A DNA stretch of 64,000 nucleotides from assembly GCA_040954595.2 (NCBI GenBank), contig CM082597.2:7093849-7157848 (forward strand), in the 5' to 3' direction. Positions 27,088-40,900 of this stretch are shown one piece after another; the first letter of the stretch is position 1, and each line of letters starts with the position of its first letter. The position numbers were made by a program, and so were the translations under genes. The DNA comes from Balanoglossus misakiensis (lineage: Eukaryota > Animalia > Hemichordata). The notes under the pieces are model-generated. The model worked only from the letters and a program-made list of their open reading frames with translations. It was not told where the DNA came from and did not search any database.

Positions 27088-29852
27088 ATTAAAGCTGCAA
27101 GCAGCGTTGGGGGGGCACAAGCGGTTCCCATGGTGACCAGCAAATGCCACGGCTGTATCTGCTGAGGATACCAAGATATGGGAAAGTAGGTCAGAGGTCA
27201 ACTGAGGTCACCCCAAATTTGGGCAAAGAAATTGCACCCCATACTAGTCTAGATCCAACAAAAAACCAGACCCCTAGCCCTATTGGTTCGCCTGCAATTA
27301 GTTATGCACATAATTAATGAGGTCTTGTGTAAGACTCCATTATGTGCTCAATCCCCATAAAAGCCAGGGCTCTAACTGCTCTGGATGCTGAGATATGGGA
27401 AAGTAGATCAAAGGTCACCCAAGGTCACCCAAAATTAGGGCATAAAATTTTGACCCCAGAGTGGGCCATGTCCAACCAATACCAGACCTCTAGCCCTATT
27501 GGGTAGCATGGAATTAGATATGCAGAAAAATGATGTTTCAGAAATAGGTCAAAGGTCATTGTCAAAATTACCAAAATATTTGTGTCATGTCCTGGCAGCA
27601 TTGGTACCCATGTCCACAAAATTCATGACTGTGGTGCTTTGACAAGAGGAGGTATGGGGAATATGCATATATAATTAGTTGTTTTAAAACTGGGTCAAAG
27701 GTCATGTGAAAATTGCCCTGAAAAATTGTGACAACTTCCGGTCAGATGATGACTCATATCCAAAAAAAGAATGTCCATGCTGTCAACATTTTGGCTACAA
27801 AACGGAATTATCACTTTTCAATGGTTTTCCGAAAATCCAACATGGCCGCCATAATGATTGACCAATCACAGTGCGCTTCGCAAACTTGATAGACATAGGT
27901 TAGGTGACCACATATCCCAAATCCCGAGACTCGGTAACCGCTGGTTCTGGAGAAGAAGATTTTTAAAGTTTTAAGTAGTTTTTCAGAAAAACAATTGTAG
28001 CAAAAAAACTTTATGTATGACGTCATGATTTCAATAGGGTAAAATGATGGACAGAAGGTAGGCTACCTGCACACCAAATGTGAACTCGATCGGCCCAGTA
28101 GTTTTTGAGAAGGACTCATTTAACGATTTTCAGGAAATCCAATATGGCCGCCAGGTCACGTGACTAATTAAATATTCACGGGCCACTGCACGTCTACTCA
28201 TTAGCCCCTATCACCCTACCAAGTTTCAGCCCCCTAGGTGCTGCGGTTTTCCAGATCTACCTGGCCGAATTTTGGGGAAGAAGAAGAAGAAGAAGAAGAA
28301 TAATAAAGAATTAAAGCTGCAAGCAGCATTGTCCGGGCCCAAGCTCTATTATCTGATCTGATTATTAGTTATGCACATTATTAATGAGTAGAAACATAAT
28401 GCTGTGTTTTATCCCATGAAATATCAAGGTTATATCTAGGTTTGGTGTTGACATAGTGTTAAGTAGGTCAAAGGTCACCCAGAGGTCACCCAAAATTTGG
28501 GCAGAATATTTTGACCCATAGTGGTCCATGTCCAACAAAAACCAGATCTCTAGCCCTTTTGGTTAGCCCGGAATTAGGTATGCACATAAATAATGAGTTA
28601 AGCAGGTGTCACAGGTGACCCAAAACTTTGGCTTTTCATTATGGCCCTATACCTCCAAACGCCAAGGCTGTATCTGCTGTGGATGTCAAGATATGCCAAA
28701 GTAGGTCAAAGGTCATCCGAGGTCACCCAACATTTGGGCAAAATATTTTGACCCCATACTGGTCCATGTATAACCAAAACAAAATCTCTAGGTCTATTGG
28801 TTCATCTGTAATTAGGTATGTGCATATTTAATGAGGTCAGCAGGTGTCACAGGTGACCCAAAAATGGGTCATGAAAAGTAGCAACATTTTTTGATCACAC
28901 ACAAATCCACATACATCAAAAACCAAACTTATAGCCCTATTGATTAGCCTGGAATTAGATATGCAGAAAATTGATGCGTCAAAAATAGGTCAAAGGTCAT
29001 TGCCAAAATTACCAAAATATTTATAGCTTATTCTTGTTATATGATGATTCATATCCATAAAAAGAATTTCTGCGCTATCAATTTTTAGGCTAGAAAGGGA
29101 ATTTTTACTTTTTAATCGTTTTTCACAAAATCCAATATGGCCGCCATAATCTTCGACCAATCACATTCCTCTTCGCAAACTTGATAGACATCTGTTGAAT
29201 GACCACACACACCAAATCTTGTGACTCGGTTATCGCCGGTTCTCGAGAAGAAGATTTTTGAAATTTTACTAGGGTTTTTCGAAAATCCAATATGGCCGCC
29301 ATAATCTTCGACCAATCACAATGATCTTCGCAAACTTGATAGACATCAGTTAGGTGACCACATACCCCAAACCCTGTGTCTCGGTTATCACCGGTTCTGG
29401 AGAAGAAGATTTTTGAAATTTAAGCCAGATTTCAGAAAAAAAATTGTAGCAAAAAAACTGCAACATTGACAGCATAATTTCCAATTACAAAAATGATTGC
29501 CAGAAGGTAGTCTACCTGCACGCCAAATTTGAAGTTGATCTGACTTGTAGTTTCTGAGATCTGAGATTTGCATTTTTTCAGAAAATCCAAGATGGCCGCC
29601 AGGTCATGTGACTAATTAAAAATTCATGGGTTCAATGCACTACTACTCATTGACCTTGACCACTGTAGCAAGTTTGAGAACTGTACCTGCAGTGGTGTCT
29701 GAGATCTAGAGCGACAAAGAAGTGAGCCAAGAATAAAGAAAGAAAAACCCCAACGAAACCAATACGGGCCCAAGCCTGGCTTGGCTTGGGCCCGTAAATA
29801 TTCCAACAATAACAATGGGGGCACAAGCCGCCTGAGGGCGCTTGTGCCCCCA
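27088..29852 (-). mobile_element. Non-autonomous Helentron/HINE (DINE-1-like) element, outer copy, containing a nested relative
   Basis: Absent at the paralogous site in units 1 and 2 (aaaattaaatatttcac, ~14790). Terminal hairpin GCTGCAAGCAGC at 27094-27105; subterminal IR GGGGGCACAAGC (27111) matching hairpin GGGGGCACAAGC...GCTTGTGCCCCC (29817-29851); (GAA)n tract; A/T-rich target without a clear TSD. Confidence 0.68.
28309..29796 (-). mobile_element. Nested Helentron/HINE-like element, inner copy
   Basis: Begins AATTAAAGCTGCAAGCAGC..GGGCCCAAGC and ends with hairpin GGGCCCAAGC..GCTTGGGCCC (29766-29793). Internal tandem subrepeats (aaaatccaatatggccgcc; ggtcaaaggtca) are shared with the outer element. 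Confidence 0.66.
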
Positions 29853-30136
29853 AATATTTCACAAAAGCACTGGTGAAAAATTTTCTTGTTGACCCGGTAG
29901 CAAGTTTGACTCGTACTTTCTTGTTTTCAATTGACGGGATATCCCCAAACACCGTATTTGACCCCAAAAATTGAAAAGAAAAGGTCGTTCATTTTCTTAA
30001 CAAAAGGCAGGGAAATGGTGAGTGGCGCGGCTTTCCGGGCGCGTCATTGGTCAGATCGCGTTCTACATATTAGTGATATGTTAATTTTTATGTTAATAAG
30101 CAACTCCTAATATAGGTCATCGATGCGACTGAATAA

Positions 30137-30568
30137 TTTAGCAACTAATCATAAAGTTGCTAATAATTCAGCACCAAATTTTTCACCTACTAATAATGCG
30201 GCACCTAATCATAACGCTGCTAATAATTCAGCACCAAATTTTTCACCTACTAATAATTCGGCACCTAATCATAACGCTGCTAATAATTCAGCACCAAATT
30301 TTTCACCAAATTTTTCACCTACTAATAATTCGGCACCTAATCATAACGCTGCTAATAATTCAGCATCAAATATTTTACCTACTAATAATTCGGCATCAAA
30401 TATTTTACCTACTTATAATGCGGCACCTAATTATAAAGCTCCTAATAATTCAGCATCAAATATTTTACCTACTAATAATTCGTCACCTAATTATAAAGCT
30501 TTGAAAAATTCAGCGCTAAATCGTTTACCAGCATATAATTGAGCACATAATTGCTAATAATCAGCACA
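30137..30568. repeat. AT-rich minisatellite, expanded copy
   Basis: Nearly identical in organisation to the unit-2 array. Confidence 0.85.
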
Positions 30569-31921
30569 TATCTATGTAAACATAAAATGTTTAGCAAATA
30601 ATGATATAAATGGTCAATAATACTAAATAGCAAAAAGCATTAATCGAATTATTTAGTTTTGGCGGAAATCTCACCCCATAATTGAGTAGCTAAGAATGGA
30701 TGGTGGCCATAGAAACTTGCATTGTTGACAGACTGATAAACAAGTATGCGCAAAACAAAAAGATGGTAAACCTGTGTTCAGGTATTCTAAATAAACAGAT
30801 TTACGTCAAATTGGATCATGTAAGCTTTGTCTCCAAATTCAGTCAAACTATTATTAAACAATAGTGTATGGAGTTGCATGCAGAGAAATTTATTGGACTA
30901 TGTACCGGCTTAAACTGTCCAAAGAAGTTGTTTGATAAACAATATTTCCATAATCCCTGTGAGAATTATGACAGCTGGGGTAAAAAATAAAATACTGAAA
31001 ATTTCTTCTTTTTTATTAATATTTTATTTACAATTTTCCAAATAACATACAGTGAAATCTGACTGTTACATGTAAAATTCAAGCAACAATTGTATTCAAA
31101 ATTTTGTACATTAAAAGAAAAATTGCATGACAGTGATTTATGAAATATGACAATCTTTTTACAACATGCATAAAAATTTACAGATTTAGAAATTAGTTTC
31201 AGGAAACAATCTTACATTGACAAAAATGATAAACATACATTATAGAAAATACGAGTAATTGTGAAATACTAGTATGGTAATGATTTGAATACTTGTGCTG
31301 AAATACTTGAAATATTACAATAATTTCTAGGTTCATTATGAAATGTCAAATAACATTGATAAAAACCCGAGTAATCCAGGGCATGGCAGTTTACATGTAA
31401 AACAACAAAAAAACATTGTTCAACGGTAGATATATACTTGCACCTACTTGTGGTAAAAATGTGACTAAAGTTATACAATATCAGGGTATACAGGAATGGT
31501 TAGATTTCTAACATGAAACTTGGACACTGTCTCTCTATGGCTGTATGTGAGCCAACATGAACTTTTACAATATAGAAAAAGTCAAACTACTTTCTCACAC
31601 TCTCATCACTATACACATTTGTGCACACAGGTGCGTGCACACACACACACACATACACAAACAACAACAATAACACATAAATATAAATGAATTCTTATGT
31701 ACACATTCTTTATATAATACTAGAAATATAGTATACTGTCTGAATAAGAAATTTATACACATGAAGGTTTTTGGCAACTTTTGCTCCACCTCCTTACATT
31801 TATGAAAATACAAATTGAATGGTTTTGATAATGAAGACTTATTCATTATCTGAAACCAGTAGTTTTGCGAAAAGGGTGTTTCTTTTCTGTTTGGTTCTTA
31901 TTTGATATTTCAGGTCATAGT

Positions 31922-34900
31922 TCAGGTTGCGGTCAGGACTTTCTGGCCACAAGAGGTAAAAGTAACTTTGATATGGTCACCTTTCAGACACAGACTATGT
32001 TCATCATCTGAGGATGAGCAACTATCATCCACGACAAAACCACCTTCCATCAATGCATCTTTCAAGATGTCTACATTCCCTGGTTGCAATGCATCACAGA
32101 GTTCAATCTGAAGTTGACTTTGTCGACATTTATCAGATTCTGGGATGCTGTCAATCAAAGCCTGAGTACTGCCATTCAGATCACAACCTTTGAACTCTAT
32201 GTCTTCCAATGACTCTTTGCTGATCAACTCTTTCCACTGATCTCTGCAAGTGTCATGTGATGGTGTTTTCCCATCAATGATGCTGACTTTGGACAAACAT
32301 GGCAGAGCTCGAACGCATCTACACACATTCTCTATTGAGAAAACTCTTGAATAGGATTGTGTTTCAGAGAACAGATAACCAGGGTGTTGAATTGTCAGTG
32401 ACTTCAGTTCAGATGTGTCTGACAGACCACAACATAGTTGTCTGTGCAATTCAGTCATAGCATTGTTCTCTTCTAGTAAGATAGATTCCACCTCAGTGAC
32501 ATCACACGTCTGTTCAATATAACGGTACAGTTTAGTGTCTGTTTTGACATTGACAAACTTTAATTTACATTCACTCTTAGTTTTGGTGTTGTTGTTGGCA
32601 GTCATGAAAGGGAAAAATGTAGTCTTTAAATTGTCAGGATAGGCTAAATCTAAATCATATTCCGATGCAAATAGAAGTTTGATGATTTTGGATGAGTTGC
32701 TGCATCTTCCACATGCAGTAAAGTGATCACCCACAAACTCCAATTGATCAATAACCATGCCAGCAACCACAACCCTATCAATTGCCTCTGATATTCTATC
32801 AGCACCAGATGTCATACGATATGGCAGGACAAATGTTTCAACATGTCGATAATCTTGAACAATATTGCAAAAAACCTTTGCAAAGCCACAATTGTCAATG
32901 AACCTGAATGAAACATAGGTAAAAGTCTGGGCATTCACTGGAGCCAAAGTATGTAATATTTGTTGACTGCGAGGCCAGGACAATTCCCGCCGATTATCAC
33001 AAAATCTGACATTGTTGAACCTATATAAATCTGAATAAGCCAATATGAATTGTGTCACAACACCAAAGTTCTCCCGGCAGAATTTGCAGGAACAATGAGA
33101 TATCTTTGCATCTATGGAAATGCTCTCCTCGTCTGTCGACAGACAATCAGAAAGTACTTGATGAAGTCCGACAGGGTCACAACATAATTTACATGTACAA
33201 ATATCAATTACAATTTCACGATTTTCAATCTTGGCAATAATCTGGCAGTTAGGTTGTGAGTGGATCGGTCTACAGCACCCACGGCAACTAGATTTAAAGT
33301 GCACATGTTTTGGTGTACTGGGTTGATATTTCTTCAACAAACCATGTATAGTTTTGATGAAATCTAACTTGACATATCGTACTACCAAACTAACTTCTTT
33401 GGCTCTAAATTTGAGCAAGTCTGAGATTATGCCAGTGATACGACAATCATTTTTATGAATGAAACCGGTGTGACCATATGAAAATGGCAACGACAGCTTA
33501 TTAAATTTGACTGATATTGCATTTTTCACCATTGCTTTTACATCAGACTCAAGGTTCTCATCATCTAAATCACATGTGATATCCATGTCCACTGTAACTC
33601 TGTCACTATCAATAGACGCATTCTGTGAAAACAACTGAAACTGATTAAGGAAATCTGCATTCTGTTTATACATCTTGTAACACAAGCTAGAAAACTTTTC
33701 AAGTTGAAACCTGGCAATGAGCTCTTGTTTACCAGCAAACCAGCTACTATTCTTACAAACTTCCAACGAAAACGAACCAATTGATTTACTCTCACAAAGT
33801 GCTGTATGTAATGTGTTCAAGAATGCTGCCGGTACATTGCAGTAAGGTAATTTAATGTCAAGTTGTTTGGCTGTAATCTGTGATATGCATTGGACTATAC
33901 CAGTGGTGTACATTATGTCATCCTTATGGCGGAACTGTGAACTCACACTGGAGAAGTCCATTGATAACCTACACAACTTTACATGGGCCACTCTTCTGTG
34001 CATGTCCTGTATGTTACAAATGTTCATGTCTTCCGAACTACCAGAATATGTGATGTTCATGTCTAGAGTAACTTCATCATTATTTATAGATGCATACTCT
34101 GAAAGTGTTTGATAAACGGTCACAAAATCAAAACTCTTGCCTTGTTGAAAGAAATGGATTTTAAACTTTCCAAACTTGGCAGTGACAGTATCATCAATCT
34201 TTACATCTTTTTCTCTCTTGGTACCATCACAGCTGAATCCTACATCAACTGACCTAATTGACCTACACTCACACAACACTGCATATGTAGTTTTCATGAA
34301 TTCTATACTGTCCATTGGTAATCTTTCAATGACCAGATTGTTGGCAGTTGTCTGTGACAGACATTGGACTATACCTGCAAGACCCTTGATACTAGCAGAA
34401 TCAGAACCTTGTCTTTCGGAGGTAGCAAAAATGCCAGTGAGATCAAATACGTTCAGTGACAAAGTGTTAAACTTAAAACCAACTAAATTCACTCTTTCAA
34501 GCATAGACTGTACATCAGCTGCAGACTTGTCCCTGAAATCACACTTAAATTCCATGTCTAGTTCAAGTTTATCATTACTCACAGATGCATACTCTGAAAG
34601 ACACTGATGTAGACTCACAATATCAAAATTCATGTTACGTGTCACATAACAGAAATTCAAATGTGCAAACTTTGCCTTAATATCCAGTTGACCTATGTTC
34701 GACAATTCCGCGCCTGGATCATAAAATTCAACATCAACTGACCCAAAAGACTTATTCTTACATAACTGAGTAAGTACAGCTGTTAAAAAGTCCATGTCGG
34801 GAATCAGCAATCCTTCAATCACAATTTTTAGTTTGTTGGCAGTAATTTGTGATAGACATTGGATTATGGCAAAACAAAAAAATATAGCTACGGTCTGCAA

Positions 34901-37900
34901 AACATTGAATGTCAATGACAGGTATTCAAAATCAACCAAAGAAACTTCTGCCAGTAAAGACTGTACATCAGACTTAATGTTCATATTATTGGAATCATAA
35001 CTGACTCCAATTTCCCGACTAACTCTGTTTATCTTACCATACTGAGATAGCAACTTGCACAGATCTGAAAAATCAAAATCCCTGGTATTTACAGTGTACC
35101 TGCCATTAAAGCAACTGTGCTTCCCCTCAATGTAAAGTGTACTTCTGTCAAAGGATCTAAAACTAGTTTGCCTTGACTGCTTGAAAGACTCAACGTGAAC
35201 AGCAACTGATCCAAGAGACTGATTTCCACATAACGATTCATGTATAGATTTTATGAATTCCATATCTCCAAAAGGTAATCCAGAAATGTCAAGGTTTTTG
35301 GCAGTAATCTGTGACAGACTTTGGACTATACCAGAAAGACCAAGATGACTTTGTTCTTCATCAGTATAATTCCTGAATACCAATGATAAATTATCAAATT
35401 CAACTGATGTCACTCCTCTCAACAAAGTCTCCATGTCAGAATCAGTGTTCTTATCTTTAAAATCACACATTACTTCCACATCTAGAATAAGTTTCTCATT
35501 ATGAACAGATGCATACTGTGAAAACATCTCACACAAACTGGATAAATCAAAATTTAAGGTATCTATGTGGTAAAAGCTTTGAAAATGTCCAAATGTAGCT
35601 TTGATGTTTGGTTTATTCTGTGATTCCAAACCAGCATGCACATCAACTGACCCAAGATAATTATTCCCACATAATGATGCATGTACAGTTTTTATGAACT
35701 CAATATCACCTACAGGTAACCCTTCAATGACAAGCTTGTTGGCAGTAATCTGTGATAGACATTGGACCATACTTGTCAAAGAGTTGATGTCTGTAGTTTC
35801 AGAATCAGAAGATTTCAAAAACAGATTATAACAATTATAATCAGCCATGATATCAATTTGTGTTTTCCTGTGTTGTGGGGAATAAAAACTGACTAACACA
35901 CTATTTGTCAGGTTACTGCCTTCGTTAATGTTTACAAGTTTTAAAACCTCAGAATGCTCAACCGGTAAATGATAAATGTGAAATCGTTCAGTGATCTTTG
36001 ACAAACCTTCGACTAGACACTTAATATTATGCAGATCACAGCTTTTCATGTTTGTATTATCATTCAAAACCTCGACTTTAATCTCCACATGTTTTGGATA
36101 GTTCAACTCGTCATCTCTAGCAGTAGTGGCATTTGTTTCAGAACATATTTCATTTATAAAATCAAAATCAGACACATTCTTCATAGTGACATCGCATTGA
36201 CTTATTTCATAATTTAAATTTATAGTCCATTTCCGGCATATATCCCCCCTATGTTCAGTTTTGAATGAGTCAACAATATTTCTGAATGTATCTGCTGTCA
36301 AAGAATTGGATGCAGACATCTCCAATGTGATGATTTCAGAACTAATATTTGGGCATTTCAAAAGCACTGTGTTGACATGTAGCATGTATTTGTCAGAATG
36401 GTTATCTATGATGTCATTAAGGTCTATTGTCAGATTTTTGGGTAAAAACTTAGCACAGTAAAATATTGTTTCCTCAGAATCACAACCACTTTCATACAAC
36501 ATTGGCCTTGCATCAAATGATTTATCTGGAAAAGGCCTACTCTCCCAAACCTTGAATACTTCACCAACATTGTCTTGCAAGTGACCACCAAGAAACTTCA
36601 ACATTGCATCATTCCTAAGTAAATAATCTCCAATAACTGAAAATGCAACAGAATCTTTAAATTCTGTATGGTTACTAGTGCATAGATTGGAAATGTACAA
36701 TGAAGCAAAATATTCCTGAAATGTGAAATGATAAAAGTTATAGCTTGGAGGTCGAGAGGTTTTTGTCAGAAGTCCCAACTTCTGTAAGTGTGGATGACCT
36801 GAAATTTCTTTCTCACTGAAAGAAAATTTACCAGACTTCAAAGCAGTATGTGAGAGTTTACTTAAGTAGAGAATTTCATCTCTGATTTCATCACCCTTTG
36901 GATCAATAATGTTATCTTGTTTTTCACAGTATCGCTTTACAACATAATCAATTAACTCTTTATAAAGTCCTGTGATTGTGTGTGGTAGTTTCTTTGTTTC
37001 CATCCAAATATCACACAACATCAAAGTATTCAAAGGACTCTGCAAAAATCCATACAAAATGCTGTAATGGGTGGATGTGTTCAATTCATTGATAAAACCC
37101 TCAACTGTTTCTGGTGTTACAGTTTCATCCATTGAAGACATTGCATTTATATGCTTTGTAATAAAAGCTTCTGCATTCTTTCTGTCAAAACCCTTAATCA
37201 ATAATTGTCTCTCATACATCTGTTTGGAGTTCTTATCCCTGATTTTGCGAGACGTTACAATTACTGGGCAGTCAGTCAGCAATGGTCGTTTTTCTCGGAT
37301 CATTTGCTTAAAGTACACTGGGAGATCATCAGTACTGACTTCATCAAGTCCATCAAAGACAAAACACACTTGTGATTGATTGCTTTCAACAAAACTCCAT
37401 ATCTCATCTGCTCCTTCGACATTTTGTAACAGGCAATCAAAAACTGCATCTTTAAGACCTTTTTTCTGATTATTTTCTGAATGGTATTCATGTAGATCTT
37501 TCAATTCAAAATGAAAAAGAAGTTTGAAACAATTGAGAAAGTTTACATTGCCTTTGGCCCAATCATATGCCAACTTTTTACAAAGAGTTGACTTACCATA
37601 CCCTGGATCACCTTCTATTAAAATTCGTCTCGGATTTTCACAATCATAAGTTCCTGTGAATAAATCTTGTATTGCAAAATCTCTGAAATGTCCATCTTTG
37701 GTTTGTAATTCTAATTCAATGAAGATATCTTCGAGTTTCAGTCTGTCTGTTCCATCCCACCATGGTAAGGGGAGAATGTTGGACTGTCTCTTGTAGTATT
37801 CTTGCAACTTTTGCTGGCACTTGATGACAACATCTGAAATTATTATCATCGAATATTTCTGTATTACTGATCACAAGAACCAAAGTATCATGGTGCACCA

Positions 37901-40900
37901 GCTAGCATTTCATCAATTGTGATTTTTTTAGCAGGGAGCCGTCATTATTTACGGCCTGGGGGGGGGGGGGGTCGGAGGAATTACACTAGAAACTCCAACA
38001 TTTTGAGAAACCCCCCTGCCAAGCATGCAGATTTTGAGAAACCCCCCCCTTCCAACACATAAATTTCGACTGCCCCCCCCCCCTAAAACCGGAACAACTA
38101 CATATCAATACATGTATCTGTATTGAACACCTATTGCCTGGCCATGAGGGCCATAGCGGCCGTTTATTACACCCGAGGGGCTGTGAGTTATCAGAATCAT
38201 ATGCTATTTCCCTGAGGCCGCAGGCCGAGGGAAATAGCATATGATTCTGGTAACTCACAGTCACGAGGGGGTAAAAACGGCTGCTATGGCCCAAATATAG
38301 GCCAGGCTATAGGTGTTTTATAATAAACCTCATGCTAACAGCTGGGAAAATCTTGCAATTTTCTCTTGAGGTTGGCAGACGACACCCTCCGCGGTGGCCA
38401 TTGTGTCAGACGACGTGACGCTGATTGACGTGACCGAGTCTGCGCACTCACGCTGGTCACGTGACCGGTTTATATTTTTTCTGCTATTTCCCTAGAGAGA
38501 TTCATAGTCGATTCTATTTTCCTATCACGTGACGGATTCTGGCGAATCACGACACAGTATTAGCATGAGGTATATTATAAAAATCACTATTACAGTAGTG
38601 TAGTAAAAGACCTTTCAACTCCAGGTTCACCCTGCTACATTGTAGGTGATCATCAGTTGCATCATGATGGATTGAAAAGGGTGAAACAACAAAACAATCT
38701 CAAAGTCACAACTAAATAATGATTACCGTAAAAGCTCACCCATAACCAGTAACCATCAAGTAGCATTGTGTAATTTGGAAAGGCATCGTTAAAAGTCAAA
38801 ATGATTATCAAACTTTGTTGATATAATAAGGAGTAATGTTTTTTATGCATGATCAGGCAAGCATGCCAATCCTTTATCAGCAAATTTTGGGAAAAATACT
38901 TTGATAGTGCAGTGTGGACACTCTGGTGTTCCGCGACCAGAGGTCGCGGAGCGCTGCAGCACTTGCACAGCACACAACTAAATCTTTCAGTTGAAAAACT
39001 TTGATACATTTCCCAAAAATGAGTGACCCCCCCTCTTCATCTACAATTTTTGAGAAACCCCCCCTGCAGCCTTCCAATTTTTGAGAACCCCCCCCCCCCC
39101 CCTTGATTCCTCCGACCTCCCAGGCCATAAACAATGACGGCTCCCTTAGGCCTCACAACATCTTTGAACATCACTGAAGTGATTCCTGTTTATAAATTTT
39201 CAAGCACTGATAACAAAATGATGGATGGGCTCAGATGTCTTTTTTTGTGATTGAGACCAGAAAATCTAATTCTCAAACCCACTTCATTTTATGAAGGACC
39301 AATTTCACCATGGAAAACAATAGTTTTGGATCAAACCATTGGGGTGAAAGGGTTCAACCAATTCATGGTGAGAAACGTACCTGGTGTAGTTTTAATGGTT
39401 GCCATATCCACGGTTGGCATATTCATGGTTGGTTTATAATCAGTAGTGCTTGGTTGGTCATCCTGTTGAGAATCTATCAAAATAAAATCTTTAATAATTA
39501 TTTTCCCCCTTTTTTGACATAAATTAATATAATCATTGCAGATGTTGTAAACTAAAAAGTATTGATTCATTTATAAGAAGAGGTTACACTTGTTACTACT
39601 ATAAAACCAAATGTAGCATTTATTTCTGAACATTGAAATCTGTATTCAAATCAAATTAAAATATTACTGGTGCAAATACAAGAATAAGTGTACCTGCGGT
39701 TGTAGTGTCCTTAACAGCTGAATCAGTTTGTTGCCTAGGTGATAGAGACTGCAGTCTTGCTACCAGTGGATAAAGTGCACGACGTAAATCATGTCTGTCT
39801 ATGTGGTGTTGTACACTTGTGGTTTCACCTTCTGGATCTTTCATCATTGTCATCATTTCAATCTGTGTTGCAGCTGAACTAACTGCACTGCTAGCAGCAA
39901 CAACGCCCACATCTGAAATACCTGAAATATGTGAAAGATAAACATGGATGGGTGAATTAATTGATCTGTCTGTAAAGATCACCTAGCCATAAGGCCAGTT
40001 TAGGAAAGCTGTGATTAGCGGCTATGAACAGGTTTGACTGGATTTTCTGGTTGAACATTTTGGGTGATTACGGTATTAAATACATAGGTACTAGTATAGA
40101 TATACTTGCTGGAAGTGCTTACCGTAAGATTCTGTTGTGTATTGAGTCTGGGAATGAGTGGCTGTCACTGCTGGAATCTTGGGACGTGTTGATGTCATTG
40201 ACTGCACTTCTCCGGTGACTGGATTTGGATGCTGTGAGGGAGATGGTAACTGTGGTCCTGCTGAGGTCCTCTCAGTTGGAAATGTTGGCAAATTTTCTCC
40301 ACTTCTGTCACTTATCTGTTTCTGGCTATCAGCTTCCATCCTAGACTCTGCTTCTCTTGTCACTTCCTCATATTTATATTCATCGTCAAGGTTCTTCTCA
40401 TATCGAACTTCTACATGCTTCGCTAACAAGTAAAGTTTGGCAGTTTTCAACAGTTGAATAAGTGTCTCAGGTTTGTCCCTTGACAAAAGTCCATATGCAC
40501 GAAGTGTTCCAAATAAATCGTATGGTTGTTTACTTTTCAGAATTTCTTCCCTTCTTCTTTTAGGTATCGAAGGATTCCTTAAAGCTGCCAGTCCATTGAC
40601 CAATTTAATCAGGTCATCTTTTTTTTGTAAAAAAAAAGAAATAATTAAACATTTTTCTGGAAATACAGTATATCTCATTTAATACTTTAATATTTTAGAT
40701 CACTGTCCAAATGAAAATGGGATGAAATTAATATGCTGCAAGGGTCATGATATGTACAAGTCATTGTATAGGCCCTGTGGCAAGTACTGGGTATGCTTTA
40801 TACTGCACATGATGTGCATGGCTGTCCTAAGCCCCCCCCCCCCCCCACCCCATGCTAACTTTGAGCGGGGAAGGTTAAATTTGTTCTCCCCAACATACCG

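Noticed and set aside
27425-29967. Short ORFs inside the nested elements as transposase remnants
   Set aside because: No Rep/helicase, DDE or RT motifs recognisable.
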